Shown here: piece after piece, positions 10,416 through 20,163 of the stretch
Layout: each line of letters opens with the position of its first letter
How positions within the stretch are numbered: the stretch's first letter is position 1
NCBI GenBank assembly: GCA_965248445.1
Contig: CBDFJG010000003.1
Location: 1,408,001 to 1,472,000, forward strand
Origin: Planctomycetota bacterium
GTDB taxonomy: Bacteria; Planctomycetota; JAJSAM01; JAJVHW01
Reading direction: 5' to 3'
DNA: 64,000 nt
Notes under the pieces: generated by a model
The model's input: the letters and a program-made list of their open reading frames with translations, nothing else
Databases searched by the model: none
Told to the model about the DNA's origin: nothing
Translations under genes and position numbers: made by a program

Positions 10416-11372
10416 GTGCGCGCAACCGATCTCGATCCCATGGGAACGCGCACTGTCGAACGGGAGACCGCCGGGCTCGCAGAGCGAGACGCTCTCCCTA
10501 GACGACCGCGCGGGGCGCACGCCCGCGTGGTGCTGGGGCGCCTCGCGCTTGGAGCACTCGGCTGGGCCGTCCTGGCCCCGATGGCGCCCGCCTTCGTTCC
10601 TGAGGGCGCCGCTCGGTCGACGGTGGAACGCTGCATCTCCGAGCCCGTGCGGGACGGTTGGAGCTGGGCGATCGGATGGACCCGCGGTCCCACGTGCTGC
10701 GGAGGCGACGAGACGAGCGCAATCGTGACACTCAGGAGCCTCCACTCGGCCCAGACTCGCTTCCAGGATGCCGCGATCATCGACTTGGATCGCGACGGTG
10801 TAGGTGAGTTCGGGTCGCTGAGCGAGATGAGCGGAGGAGTCGCCGTACGAGGCAGCGATGCCTGCGAGGCGGGATGCAGGAAACACGTCCACCGGACCGG
10901 CGACGCAGCGGAACCGTGCATCCGGAGGCCGAACAGCTGCAGCCCTCACCGTGCCGTGGAGGGCGCCGTACGTAGCGCTCTGTTGTCCGGAGTCTTTCGA
11001 AACGCCGATCGCTTCGGCGTGGTGATGCGGAGCGGATTCTCGTTTCGCGTGTATCTGATCGATTCCGAGGGATCCCCGGTCTCACCGGACTGCCGCGGCA
11101 TGACCAGTGACCGCGTGACCGCTGACTCGGGAGAGAGCCGCTGGATTGCGTATGCGTGGCCGAACAACCCATCGGGCGAGTACGCGAACCGCACGTTCGC
11201 GGTCGACCAGACCGGGAGTATTTCGTGGACACGCAATTCCGCCTATCTGGGTTCGCGCTTCGGGCCTCCGGCCGGCGCCGCGCTCGGGGGCGGGGGCTTC
11301 GACGCGGCGGGCGGCGCACTCGTCACCGCGGGCGTGGGACAAGACGGCGCGACATGGACGGACGCCTACTGA
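10416..11372 (+). CDS. Pilin-like/DUF2950-like secreted protein (start uncertain)
   Basis: ETSAIVTLRSLHSAQTRFQ..IDLDRDGVGEFGSLSEMSG, SGFSFRVYL, WIAYAWP, NRTFAVDQTG: pattern typical of planctomycete prepilin-related proteins. Confidence 0.65.
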   Translation: MRATDLDPMGTRTVERETAGLAERDALPRRPRGAHARVVLGRLALGALGWAVLAPMAPAFVPEGAARSTVERCISEPVRDGWSWAIGWTRGPTCCGGDETSAIVTLRSLHSAQTRFQDAAIIDLDRDGVGEFGSLSEMSGGVAVRGSDACEAGCRKHVHRTGDAAEPCIRRPNSCSPHRAVEGAVRSALLSGVFRNADRFGVVMRSGFSFRVYLIDSEGSPVSPDCRGMTSDRVTADSGESRWIAYAWPNNPSGEYANRTFAVDQTGSISWTRNSAYLGSRFGPPAGAALGGGGFDAAGGALVTAGVGQDGATWTDAY

Positions 11373-11379
11373 GCTGCGG

Positions 11380-11784
11380 TCATCCCGAGGTCCGCGGCTC
11401 GCGACGCTTGGTCTTTTTCGGCTTCCTCGGCTTCTTCGGCTTCTTCTTCGGAGGCAGCGTGCGCGTCCAGGTTGCCGACCGGTCGAACCAGGACGCGAGC
11501 TTCGGGAGATCGACGTGCCAGGCGGCGGGCAGGACCACGTACTCCTTCATGGGGCGTCCCCCCATCGGATCGAAGCGCGACGCGCCCTTGATCGCGAGGA
11601 GCTCGTCGCGCTCCTCCTCCGGCAGGCGCACGAAGAGCTGCTTGCCGAAGATCCCGGCGAACATGTTCCCGCCGACGAAGCCGGCGGCATTGCCGAACAT
11701 CTTCTTCACCTCGGCGCCGTCCACCGCCGCGACGAGTTGGTCGAGTAGCTCCCGCGTCCCGGGGTCGGCCTTCGCGAATCCCAT
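11380..11784 (-). CDS. TfoX/Sxy N-terminal domain protein
   Basis: VKKMFG.AAGFVGGNMFAG, LFVRL, FDPMGGRPMKEYVVLP; Lys-rich tail; GGAGG upstream. Confidence 0.88.
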   Translation of the reverse strand: MGFAKADPGTRELLDQLVAAVDGAEVKKMFGNAAGFVGGNMFAGIFGKQLFVRLPEEERDELLAIKGASRFDPMGGRPMKEYVVLPAAWHVDLPKLASWFDRSATWTRTLPPKKKPKKPRKPKKTKRREPRTSG

Positions 11785-11805
11785 GCGATCCTCCGTGCTC
11801 GTCCG

Positions 11806-12435
11806 TCAGATGATGACGGGTGGCGTGTGGTGCGTCCCTCGGTAAGGCAAGCGCCGCAACACCTCGACGCGGAACGAACCGTCGTCGCGGATGACCTCTC
11901 GCAACAGATAGGGACCCGACTTGGCGCCCGAGCTGAGCCACACCGGCCGATCAAAGTGCCACTCGTCGCCGTGTCTCTCGGCCGACGAGAACTCCGGGAT
12001 GCCCCAGGCTTCCGCGTCCTCCGCCAGGAACGTGGCGGCGCCGTAGAAGCGCCGGCGTTCGCGTTCAAAGACCAACGGTGTCCCGGCGATCCGCACGTTC
12101 AGCGCCCGAATCAGGCCGAACGCTTGAAGCGCATCCACATCGGTGTCGCGCGGCCGCATCAGTGTCAGCGCTTGCGCCGGCGTTCGAATCAGATACAGAT
12201 CCCCGTCGTGCTCGATCGCGCTCGATCGCGGCGGGATGATCACGTGGCGCTGGGCCACGTCGAAGACCTGAACACCGTCTTGCAGGAATGGGTGCGACAA
12301 GGCGCGTCCGCGACGCCACTTCGCGTCCTCGATCGGCGGATGGCTCGTGATCTCCGAGATCGGTGAGTCACCGGTCGACGCGCAGGCGCCGAGCGCCAGA
12401 ATCACCAACAGCACCGCCGTCACCGCGTTTCGCAT
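11806..12435 (-). CDS. Hypothetical lipoprotein
   Basis: MRNAVTAVLLVILALGAC lipobox; fills gap between co-oriented genes. Confidence 0.65.
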   Translation of the reverse strand: MRNAVTAVLLVILALGACASTGDSPISEITSHPPIEDAKWRRGRALSHPFLQDGVQVFDVAQRHVIIPPRSSAIEHDGDLYLIRTPAQALTLMRPRDTDVDALQAFGLIRALNVRIAGTPLVFERERRRFYGAATFLAEDAEAWGIPEFSSAERHGDEWHFDRPVWLSSGAKSGPYLLREVIRDDGSFRVEVLRRLPYRGTHHTPPVII

Positions 12436-12454
12436 GGCCGTCAGCGTGGTTCCG

Positions 12455-13270
12455 TCAGCTCTCGAAAATCTGCGCGATGCCGCCGAGCACGGAGCCCTCG
12501 CCCTTGCTCGAGCCGCCGGCGCGTGGCGCGTGGGCAATGATCGTGTTGGCGAGGCGCGAGAACGGGAGGCTCTGCAGCCAGACGCGGCCGTGGCCGCTGA
12601 GCGTCGCGAGGAACAGGCCTTCGCCGCCGAACAGCATCGACTTGAGGCCGCCCGCCCGCTCGATGTCGTATTCGATGCTCGGGCTGAACGCGACGATGCA
12701 GCCCGTGTCTACGCGCAGCGTCTCGCCGTTCAGCTCGCGCTCGACGACGGTTCCGCCCGCGTGCATGAAGGCCATGCCGTCACCCTGCAGGCGCTGCAGG
12801 ATGAAGCCCTCGCCGCCGAAGAACCCGGCGCCGAGCTTCTTCTGGAACGCGATCGTGACCTGCGTACCGAGCGCGGCGCACAGGAACGCGTCCTTCTGGC
12901 AGATCAGGTCGCCGCCGACGTCATCGAGGTCGGTGGCGATGATCTTGCCGGGATACGGCGCGGCGAACGCGACGTGCCGCTTGCGGTCACCGTTGTTGGT
13001 GAAGTGCGTCATGAAGATTGACTCGCCCGTGAGCACGCGCTTGCCGACCTGCAGGAGCTTGCCGAAGATGCCCTTGTCGGGCTGCGCGCCGTCGCCCATG
13101 CGCGCTTCGAAGGAGATGCCGTCCTCCATGTAGTTCATGGCGCCGGCCTCGGCGATCACTGTCTCGCCCGGGTCGAGCTCGATCTCGACCATCTGCAGAT
13201 CGTCTCCGATGATCTGGAAGTCCACCTCGTGACTGCGCATACCGCCCCCTGTGTTCGCCAGCTCGGACAT
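12455..13270 (-). CDS. TIGR00266/AIM24 family protein
   Basis: [77 protein letters not shown]. Confidence 0.93.
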   Translation of the reverse strand: MSELANTGGGMRSHEVDFQIIGDDLQMVEIELDPGETVIAEAGAMNYMEDGISFEARMGDGAQPDKGIFGKLLQVGKRVLTGESIFMTHFTNNGDRKRHVAFAAPYPGKIIATDLDDVGGDLICQKDAFLCAALGTQVTIAFQKKLGAGFFGGEGFILQRLQGDGMAFMHAGGTVVERELNGETLRVDTGCIVAFSPSIEYDIERAGGLKSMLFGGEGLFLATLSGHGRVWLQSLPFSRLANTIIAHAPRAGGSSKGEGSVLGGIAQIFES

Positions 13271-13327
13271 CACTCACCTCCCGTTGCGATCGGGCCATCC
13301 GATGCAACCCCTCAGATACTGCCGGGT

Positions 13328-14311
13328 TCAGACCGCTCTCGAAAGGAGCCCGTCAGCCAGTTCCGCTGCAACGTGGTGCGCCGACCTGTCTTCGGCCTCC
13401 GCCCGAGCGAGCACGCTCCGCACCCGTTCCGGGATGGCGAGCAGACGGGCCTCCACCAATTCGCTCTCCCCCAGCGCATCGGAGGCGCCCTTGATGACCG
13501 CGCCCGCGTTCGCGAGGACATCGGGGACGTACTGGATGCCACGTGCGTGCAGCCGGTCCGCGTCCGCCTCCTCGGCGAACGGGTTGTTGGTTCCGCCGCA
13601 GACGAGCCGGCACGAGAGGAGAGGGATGGTCTGCGCCGTGAGCACCGCACCCGTGGCGCACGGCGACCAGACATCGCACGGGACGCCGTACGCGTCCTTC
13701 GGCGCAACGACCTGAGCGCCGGGCACGCTGCAAGCCGCGCTCTCGCTCATGTCGCTCACCGTCACAGCCGTACCGTTCTTGAGCAGATCCGTAGCGACGC
13801 CGTGGCCGACGGCGCCCAGTCCCTGCACCAGCGCCGTCGCTGGATCCAGAACGGCGCGGATCGACGCGAGCACGCTACGCGCCGTCCAGGATCCGAGGTC
13901 GCGGCAGGCGAAGTGCTCGGTCGCGGAAGACACGTTGCTCTCGTCCTCGGCGCTGAATCCCATGTCCGCGCCGCAGTGGTACCGGCCGCGGAGCGACTGC
14001 ACGAACGCGCCGAGCCGCCGCATCACGTCCGCGCGCTGCTCACTCGTCCACCCCGACGCCGGCACACACACGACGCTCTTCGCCCCGCCGGCCGGGATGT
14101 CCGAGAGGATGACCTTGCGGCTCATCGTACGGGACAGGAGACGAGCGTCGTCGATCGCGGCTCCCTCGTCCCGGTACTCCTGCACGCGAATGCCGCCGAA
14201 CGCCTTCCCGTGAACAGCACGGTGGATCACGACGAACGCCGTCGCCACGCCCAGTTCCAGACGGTAGGCATCGTCCCAGCCGGCGATCTCGAAGCGCGCG
14301 GGTTCTGTCAA
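13328..14311 (-). CDS. Glu/Leu/Phe/Val dehydrogenase family (leucine dehydrogenase-like)
   Basis: AFGGIR, LSRTMSRK, AGGAKSV, CGADMG, VQGLGAVG, CDVWSPCATG, VCGGTNN, YVPDVLANAGAVI; TTG start overlaps lhr stop. Confidence 0.88.
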   Translation of the reverse strand: MTEPARFEIAGWDDAYRLELGVATAFVVIHRAVHGKAFGGIRVQEYRDEGAAIDDARLLSRTMSRKVILSDIPAGGAKSVVCVPASGWTSEQRADVMRRLGAFVQSLRGRYHCGADMGFSAEDESNVSSATEHFACRDLGSWTARSVLASIRAVLDPATALVQGLGAVGHGVATDLLKNGTAVTVSDMSESAACSVPGAQVVAPKDAYGVPCDVWSPCATGAVLTAQTIPLLSCRLVCGGTNNPFAEEADADRLHARGIQYVPDVLANAGAVIKGASDALGESELVEARLLAIPERVRSVLARAEAEDRSAHHVAAELADGLLSRAV

Positions 14312-17300
14312 GCGACGACAACCTCGCCGCGCGTCGCGGGCGAGATCCACTCGCCGGGAGTGAGGATGCCCCGCAGGTTCAGCGGATCGGCGGCGGCGAC
14401 GGTCAAGGGCGCGAACTCCGGCTCCCCGTCCTTCCTTCGCGCCGCGCGCAGGGGCTTCACAGCACCGGGTAGCGCGTACTGCTCGCCGGAGAACCCCGCG
14501 ACGAAGCGGCCGCCGCGGACCTCGCCCCGCAGTTCCATCCGCCGGAGCACCTTCAGCAACAACCGCCACGGCACGGCGATGCGCTCGCGCAGCGTGACGC
14601 GCCGGAACACGACGCCCCATCGTCGCAGGAGCAGTCGAGCGACGACTTCGGCAGCGGCTTCGTCGGGTGCCACCACGTCCTCCGACCGGAACGGGCTCCA
14701 CCGGCCGACGGCGGGCATCCCGACGAGCGTGTTGCGACGGCGAGAGGGCGGGATGATCAAGCGGCGCAGTCCGGCGAACGAGTCGCACGATGCCAGACCG
14801 TGCGCAACGAGATCGCCGAGCCCCTTGTCCAGTTGCGCGGGTAGGAGGCCGCTGGTGCGGACGAGATCCTGGGCGAACGCAGCGCCTCGGCGACGCAAGG
14901 CCTCATGAGCGTGCTCACCGTCCCGCTGCAGGTCGGCAGAGTCGGCGGGACCCGCCAGCCCCTCCAGCACATGCAGCCACTCGCGCGGCACAAACGCGAT
15001 GGGCGTCGCGCGAATGGCCGAGCGTCCCGCACCCCACAGCCGCCCCCACGCGAATTCGCCCGACAGCGTTACGTGATCCAACCACTCCCTCCGGTAGCCG
15101 CGGACACGCGTCTTCAGGATCGACGCTTCCCACGAAGCAGCCGGCGCCTCGTAACCGGCGAGCTGGCGCAGCACCTCTGCGACCCCGGGCTGACCATCGA
15201 GGAGATGCTCCGGGTCGACGTGCTGCCACCGCCCGAGGAAGCGCAGGAAGTCGGCTGCGGGGACCGGACGGATCTCACGGCGTAGCCGGTCGAGCGTGTA
15301 GCGGTGCACGCGCGCGAGCAAGCGCCGCTGACACCAGAGCGTCTCGCCCTCGTGCCGGACGCGCAAGACGTCGCCCCGCTGCTCGAGCTGGAGCAGCATC
15401 GCTTCGGTCGCGCCCACGCGCTCTGCGGGGACGGGGCCGAGTGCTTCCAAGCGGCTGCGCACGATCTCGAGAGGGTCCCGCGACGCCTCGGCCGCGAACC
15501 ACCGGCCGTCCTCGCAGACGACGCGCCCGGCGACCCGCAGTTCATCGAGCCACGCGCTCCACGGTGCGCCCTCGGCGGCCGTGAGGAAGCCCATCCAGAG
15601 CAGCGCCTCGTGGACCTCGTCGGCGGAGTCCGCGTCCGGCCACGCCTCCTCGCACACGCGGCGCACGGCCTCCGCGTCGAGCGCACCGAGGGAATCGGCC
15701 CTCGCCTCCGTCAGCGCGTGACGCGTCTGCACCGCGCGGGTGCGGCGCTCCTCGAGCGGCGCGTCATCGAGGAACGTGTAGACGGGGCCGTTCAGGATCG
15801 CGAGCGCAAGCACAGACGGCGACGGCCGGTCGATTGCCACGCGCTCGATCGAGCCGTCGCGCAGACCGCGCAGCACGTCGAGGAAACCGTCGACGTCCAT
15901 CGCCTCGAACAGGCAGTCCTCGACGGTCTGCCGAACGAGCGGCCGGTCCATCGGGATCTCGAGCGGCCCGTGGTCGAGAGTTTCGGGGCACGCCAGCACT
16001 GCGGGGAACTGCTGCGCGAGCGCGTCGTCGGCCCGCATCCGCAGCAGCGGCGCCGGCACGCGGCGGCCCCCCTGGAAACGCGGGACCACGAGCGCCCTCG
16101 TCACGTTCCAGCGCCACCGGGTTCCGAACATGGGCGCCGGCAGCATCGCCTGCACGAGCACCTCGCGCGCGGTGTTCGGGTGCAGGTAGTCGAACACCTC
16201 CTCGAGCGGGAAGCTGTGCTGCAGTCCGATCGACAGGACGATCGACTCCTCGTTCGCCGCGGCTTGCAGCTCGAACCCGAACCCGACGCAGAACTTCTTC
16301 CGCAGAGCGAGTCCCAGCGCGCGGTTCACGCGACTACCGAACGGGGCGTGCAGCACGACCTGCATCCCTCCCGTCTCGTCGAAGAACCTCTCGAGCACGA
16401 GCCGCTCTCGAGTGGGCATGGCGCCCAGCTCCTCGAAGCCCTGATCGAGGTAGGCCTCGACTTGCTCGGCCGCTGACTCCGGTATCCCGGGATCTGCGGT
16501 CATCTCCGCAACCCTGGGACGCTCTTCGCGCAGACGCGAGAGCGCGTCGGACAACTCCGCCGACCGCGCAGGCGCCTCGCCGACCCAGAACGGCAGCGAC
16601 GGCGGCGCTCCCTCGGCGTCGGCAACGCGCATCACGCCCTCGGAGACGCGCAACACGCGCCAGGACGTCGCGCCGAGCTCGAAGATGTCGCCCGCAGACG
16701 ACTCGATCGCGAAGTCCTCGTGGACCTGGCCCACGAGCGTGCCGGCGGGCTCCTCGAGAACGCGGTACTGCGCGTTGTCGGGGATCGCCCCACCGCCGGT
16801 GATGGCGGGGATGCGCGCACGGCGCGTGGCGCGCAGCCGGCCGCCGACGCTGTCGCGGTGCAGCAACGCGCGTCGGCCCTCCGTGTGGACGTGCACGGTC
16901 TCGTCGAATTCGGCGCGGGTCAACTCGCGATACGGCCACGCTCGCAGCAGGCGCGCGTACAACTCGTCCTCGACCTGCTCGTCCCCGACACATTCGGCCA
17001 CGATGTGCTGGAGCAGGATATCGAGCGGCGCCCGCGGCTGCGGCGTGCGGTCGAGGTCGCCTGCGCGTACGGAGCGGAACAGTGCGACCGACGCGACCAG
17101 TTCGTCGCGGGTGAGCGGGAAGATGCGACCTCGCGGAACGCGCCCGAGCGCGTGACCGGCTCGACCGACGCGCTGCAGGAACGCTGCGATGGTCGGCGTC
17201 ATCGCGCACTGGATGACCAGATCGACGTCGCCGACGTCGATCCCGAGTTCGAGCGATGCGGTCGAGACCAGAGCCCGCAGACGCCCGGCCTTGAGACGCT

Positions 17301-18234
17301 GCTCCGCGTCGAGGCGCCGCTCCTTCGACAGACTCCCGTGATGGCAGGCGACGAGGCTCTTGCCAACGACTTCTTCGAGCCGAGCGCTCACCCGTTCCGC
17401 GAGCTTGCGTGTGTTGACGAAGACGAGCGTCGTCCGGTGATCAGCGACGAGTTCGGCGATGCGCCCGTAGATCTCCTCCCACGTCTCGTGAGAACAGACG
17501 GTCTCGAGGGGCGTCTCCGGCACCTCGATCGCGATGTCGATCTCGCGCAGGTGTCCGGCGTCGACCTCGACGCAGTCGCGCCCGACTCCGACGAGGAAGC
17601 GCGCGACGTCGGAAAGCGGCTTCTGCGTCGCCGAGAGGCCGACACGCTGAACCGGTGTCCCCGCAAGACCCGACAGCCGCTCGAGGGAGAGCGACAGGTG
17701 CGAGCCGCGCTTGCTGCCGAGCACGGCGTGGATCTCGTCCACGATCACCGTCCGCACCGTCGACAGCATGGCGCGGCCGGACTGCGAGGTGAGCAGGATG
17801 TAGAGCGACTCCGGCGTCGTGACCAGGACGTGCGGCGGGCGGCGCCGCATCTTGGCGCGCTCGCTCTGCCGCGTGTCGCCCGATCGGACCAGAACGCGCA
17901 CTTCCGGGAGTGCGGGGTCCATCTCGCGCATTTCAGCGAGTGGCGCCCGCAGGTTCTTCTGGACGTCGTTGCCGAGCGCCTTGAGCGGCGAGATGTAGAG
18001 CACTCGTGTCTCGTCGGGGAGGTCCCCACCATCACCCGGCCCTGGTTCGGAGAACAGTTCGTCGAGCGCGTGCAGGAACGCCGCAAGCGTCTTGCCCGAG
18101 CCCGTCGGCGCGGCAATCAGCGTGTGCCGCCCGGCGCGGATCTCCGGCCATCCGCGGCGCTGCGGCTCGGTGACGGTGTCGAATCGGCTCTCGAACCAGC
18201 GGCGGACGGTCGGATGGAAGGCGGTGAGCGGCAA
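14308..18234 (-). CDS. lhr: Lhr-family ATP-dependent DNA helicase
   Basis: FHPTVRRWF, APTGSGKTLAAF, YISPLKALGND, VTTPESLY, VDEIH, GLSAT, HHGSLS, LELGIDVG, QRVGRAGH, HAPFG, EVRGGRFVAGFSGEQYA. Confidence 0.93.
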   Translation of the reverse strand: MPLTAFHPTVRRWFESRFDTVTEPQRRGWPEIRAGRHTLIAAPTGSGKTLAAFLHALDELFSEPGPGDGGDLPDETRVLYISPLKALGNDVQKNLRAPLAEMREMDPALPEVRVLVRSGDTRQSERAKMRRRPPHVLVTTPESLYILLTSQSGRAMLSTVRTVIVDEIHAVLGSKRGSHLSLSLERLSGLAGTPVQRVGLSATQKPLSDVARFLVGVGRDCVEVDAGHLREIDIAIEVPETPLETVCSHETWEEIYGRIAELVADHRTTLVFVNTRKLAERVSARLEEVVGKSLVACHHGSLSKERRLDAEQRLKAGRLRALVSTASLELGIDVGDVDLVIQCAMTPTIAAFLQRVGRAGHALGRVPRGRIFPLTRDELVASVALFRSVRAGDLDRTPQPRAPLDILLQHIVAECVGDEQVEDELYARLLRAWPYRELTRAEFDETVHVHTEGRRALLHRDSVGGRLRATRRARIPAITGGGAIPDNAQYRVLEEPAGTLVGQVHEDFAIESSAGDIFELGATSWRVLRVSEGVMRVADAEGAPPSLPFWVGEAPARSAELSDALSRLREERPRVAEMTADPGIPESAAEQVEAYLDQGFEELGAMPTRERLVLERFFDETGGMQVVLHAPFGSRVNRALGLALRKKFCVGFGFELQAAANEESIVLSIGLQHSFPLEEVFDYLHPNTAREVLVQAMLPAPMFGTRWRWNVTRALVVPRFQGGRRVPAPLLRMRADDALAQQFPAVLACPETLDHGPLEIPMDRPLVRQTVEDCLFEAMDVDGFLDVLRGLRDGSIERVAIDRPSPSVLALAILNGPVYTFLDDAPLEERRTRAVQTRHALTEARADSLGALDAEAVRRVCEEAWPDADSADEVHEALLWMGFLTAAEGAPWSAWLDELRVAGRVVCEDGRWFAAEASRDPLEIVRSRLEALGPVPAERVGATEAMLLQLEQRGDVLRVRHEGETLWCQRRLLARVHRYTLDRLRREIRPVPAADFLRFLGRWQHVDPEHLLDGQPGVAEVLRQLAGYEAPAASWEASILKTRVRGYRREWLDHVTLSGEFAWGRLWGAGRSAIRATPIAFVPREWLHVLEGLAGPADSADLQRDGEHAHEALRRRGAAFAQDLVRTSGLLPAQLDKGLGDLVAHGLASCDSFAGLRRLIIPPSRRRNTLVGMPAVGRWSPFRSEDVVAPDEAAAEVVARLLLRRWGVVFRRVTLRERIAVPWRLLLKVLRRMELRGEVRGGRFVAGFSGEQYALPGAVKPLRAARRKDGEPEFAPLTVAAADPLNLRGILTPGEWISPATRGEVVVA

Positions 18235-18268
18235 GGGACCGGGGATCCTAACGTTCCGGGCCCCATCG

Positions 18269-18556
18269 ATGACGACGTCTGACCTGTACGACGACCATCT
18301 CCCCTGGCCGCGTCCGGACCGTCCGTTCGCGATGCACCAGCGGTGGTGCGACCTCCTGTTCGCGCACTGGCCTGTACCCGTCGCGGCGCTCCGACCGCTC
18401 GTGCCTGCGGGGCTGGAGATCGACACTTTCGACGGTGAAGCCTGGCTCGGCGTCGTTCCGTTCCGCATGAGCGGCGTGCGGCTCCGCGGGCTCCCCGCGG
18501 TCCCGGGCACGTCGGCGTTCCCAGAGCTCAACGTCCGGACGTACGTGCGGCACGGA
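18269..18556 (+). pseudogene. YqjF/DUF2071 family, 5' fragment truncated by IS66
   Basis: MHQRWCDLLFAHWPV, LEIDTFDGEAWLGVVPFRM, FPELNVRTYV; homology ends at the IS66 left end. Confidence 0.88.
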
Positions 18557-20056
18557 GTAACCGTTCACCCCTTGACAGCGTGTGAGCCTCAGCGTGCGAC
18601 GGGCATCGGGACCATGACGGGCGGGTCGGCGCCGGTGAGGTGCGCGGCGACCGAGTCGGCGAGGAAGTCGAAGACTTGGTCGCCACGGCGTCGCAGCGTG
18701 GCCGCGGCGGTCAACACGCGCTCGGCGAAGCGGAGTCCGCGAGCGGACTGGCTTCCGAAGGAGCCCTTGCGCCAGAGCACCGCTTTGCGGACCGCGCGCT
18801 CGGCGGCGTTGTTCGTCGGACTCACGTCCTGGGTCCGCGCATAGGTGAAGAGGGCGACCACGCGGGGGCGCAGATGGTTGGCCAGAGCCGAGTCGTCGTT
18901 CGCGATCAGTCGCTCGAGCCGTCCGCGCAGCACAGCGGCTTCGCCTTGCAGCCGGTCACGGTCGCCGTGCTCACCGAAGAGCCGGTAGCTGCGCATGACC
19001 GACTGCGCGATCATGACGCCCTTGTTGCCGAAGCGGCGATGTCCTCGCGGGCCTTCGGCCAGCGCACGGAAGGCGCGCTCGATGTGCGCCCAGCAGAGCT
19101 GGCGGCGGGCAAGTGGGTGTGACTCGTAGGCACCCATCCGGTCGCTGATCACCGTGCCACCGAAACGCCGCCCGATCAGCCGCCCTTTCGCCTTGGCACT
19201 GCGGCGGCGATCGATCCCGAAGGCTGTGGCGTGCTCGCTCTCCGCCGCCCACAGCCAGCACACCCGGCCCCGTTCCTTCCACGACGTCTCGTCCACGTTG
19301 GCTCGCAGCGACGTGCGGACTGCCCCGAGGGCTTCGAGGTACGACGAGTGCAGAGCGTCACTGAGCCGACGCTCACAGTCGCTGATCTTGCCCAGCGACA
19401 TCTTCACACCGAAGATCTCACCGAGCAGCCGCTGCGTCTCCCGCACGCTCACGCGGTACACGCCGCGCAGCGCGCCGGCAAGTGTGGTCAGCCGCGGACC
19501 GAAGGCCCCGGTCGGCACGCCATCGGGCAGGACCGCCGTCGTGACCGCACGACAGCGCCGGCACCGCGCCTTGTGCAGCCGGTGCTCCCGCACCGTGACG
19601 AGCACGCGCGGGAGCACCGTCACCTGGTGCCGGTACGGATCGCCGATGCCCTGCTCGAGATCGTCGTGTCCGCACGCGTCGCAGAGGTCGGGACGGTGCT
19701 CCTTGGTCTCATCGACGTTGGACGGATCCACCAGCTCGCGCGCCGTGCCCTCATGGCCCGGCTGTCCGCCCTGCTTGCGACCGCTACGCGGCCTTCGGCC
19801 GCGACGGCGCTTGGACCACGCCGGGTCCGACGACGGAGGCCTCGAGCTGTTGCGGGAGTCACGCTTCAGACGCGACTCGAGCTCGTCGATGCGGCGCAGA
19901 TGCTTCGCTTCGCGACGCTCCAGCTCCTCGATCCAGGCCAGAAGGCCCTCGACCATCGCCCGCAGATCCTCGTCCTGCCGCTCGCCCACAACATCTTGAT
20001 CGACCGATGGCCGAACGATCTGGATCCTGGCTCGCGACGAAGGGGTGAACGGTTAC
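18557..20056 (-). mobile_element. IS66-family element, single-ORF (tnpC-only) type, 1500 bp
   Basis: Perfect 17-bp terminal inverted repeats GTAACCGTTCACCCCTT at 18557-18573 and 20040-20056; no flanking duplication (GGCACGGA vs CGTTCTTC). Confidence 0.93.
18589..19989 (-). CDS. IS66-family transposase (TnpC-like)
   Basis: N-terminal coiled coil, NSSRPPSSD, GGQPGHEG, CxxC..CxxC zinc ribbon, VDETSW, ISDR, QLCWAHI, TNNAAERAVR. Confidence 0.95.
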   Translation of the reverse strand: MGERQDEDLRAMVEGLLAWIEELERREAKHLRRIDELESRLKRDSRNSSRPPSSDPAWSKRRRGRRPRSGRKQGGQPGHEGTARELVDPSNVDETKEHRPDLCDACGHDDLEQGIGDPYRHQVTVLPRVLVTVREHRLHKARCRRCRAVTTAVLPDGVPTGAFGPRLTTLAGALRGVYRVSVRETQRLLGEIFGVKMSLGKISDCERRLSDALHSSYLEALGAVRTSLRANVDETSWKERGRVCWLWAAESEHATAFGIDRRRSAKAKGRLIGRRFGGTVISDRMGAYESHPLARRQLCWAHIERAFRALAEGPRGHRRFGNKGVMIAQSVMRSYRLFGEHGDRDRLQGEAAVLRGRLERLIANDDSALANHLRPRVVALFTYARTQDVSPTNNAAERAVRKAVLWRKGSFGSQSARGLRFAERVLTAAATLRRRGDQVFDFLADSVAAHLTGADPPVMVPMPVAR

Positions 20057-20163
20057 CGTTCTTCCGCATCGCCGAGGTCGCGCTGACGTCACTCTTCCTG
20101 TTCCTGACCGCGGTCTACACGGGTGCCGCCGCGGGGTGGATCGGACCGGGTCCTGTCACGTGA
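20057..20163 (+). pseudogene. 3' remnant of a membrane-protein gene
   Basis: FFRIAEVALTSLFLFLTAVYTGAAAGWIGPGPVT* right of IS66; stop overlaps the MBOAT GTG start (GTGA); hydrophobic, not a YqjF continuation. Confidence 0.6.

Noticed and set aside
13328..18234. Functional link between Lhr and the amino-acid dehydrogenase
   Set aside because: Only a TTGA overlap supports it; no mechanistic or synteny evidence is available from the sequence
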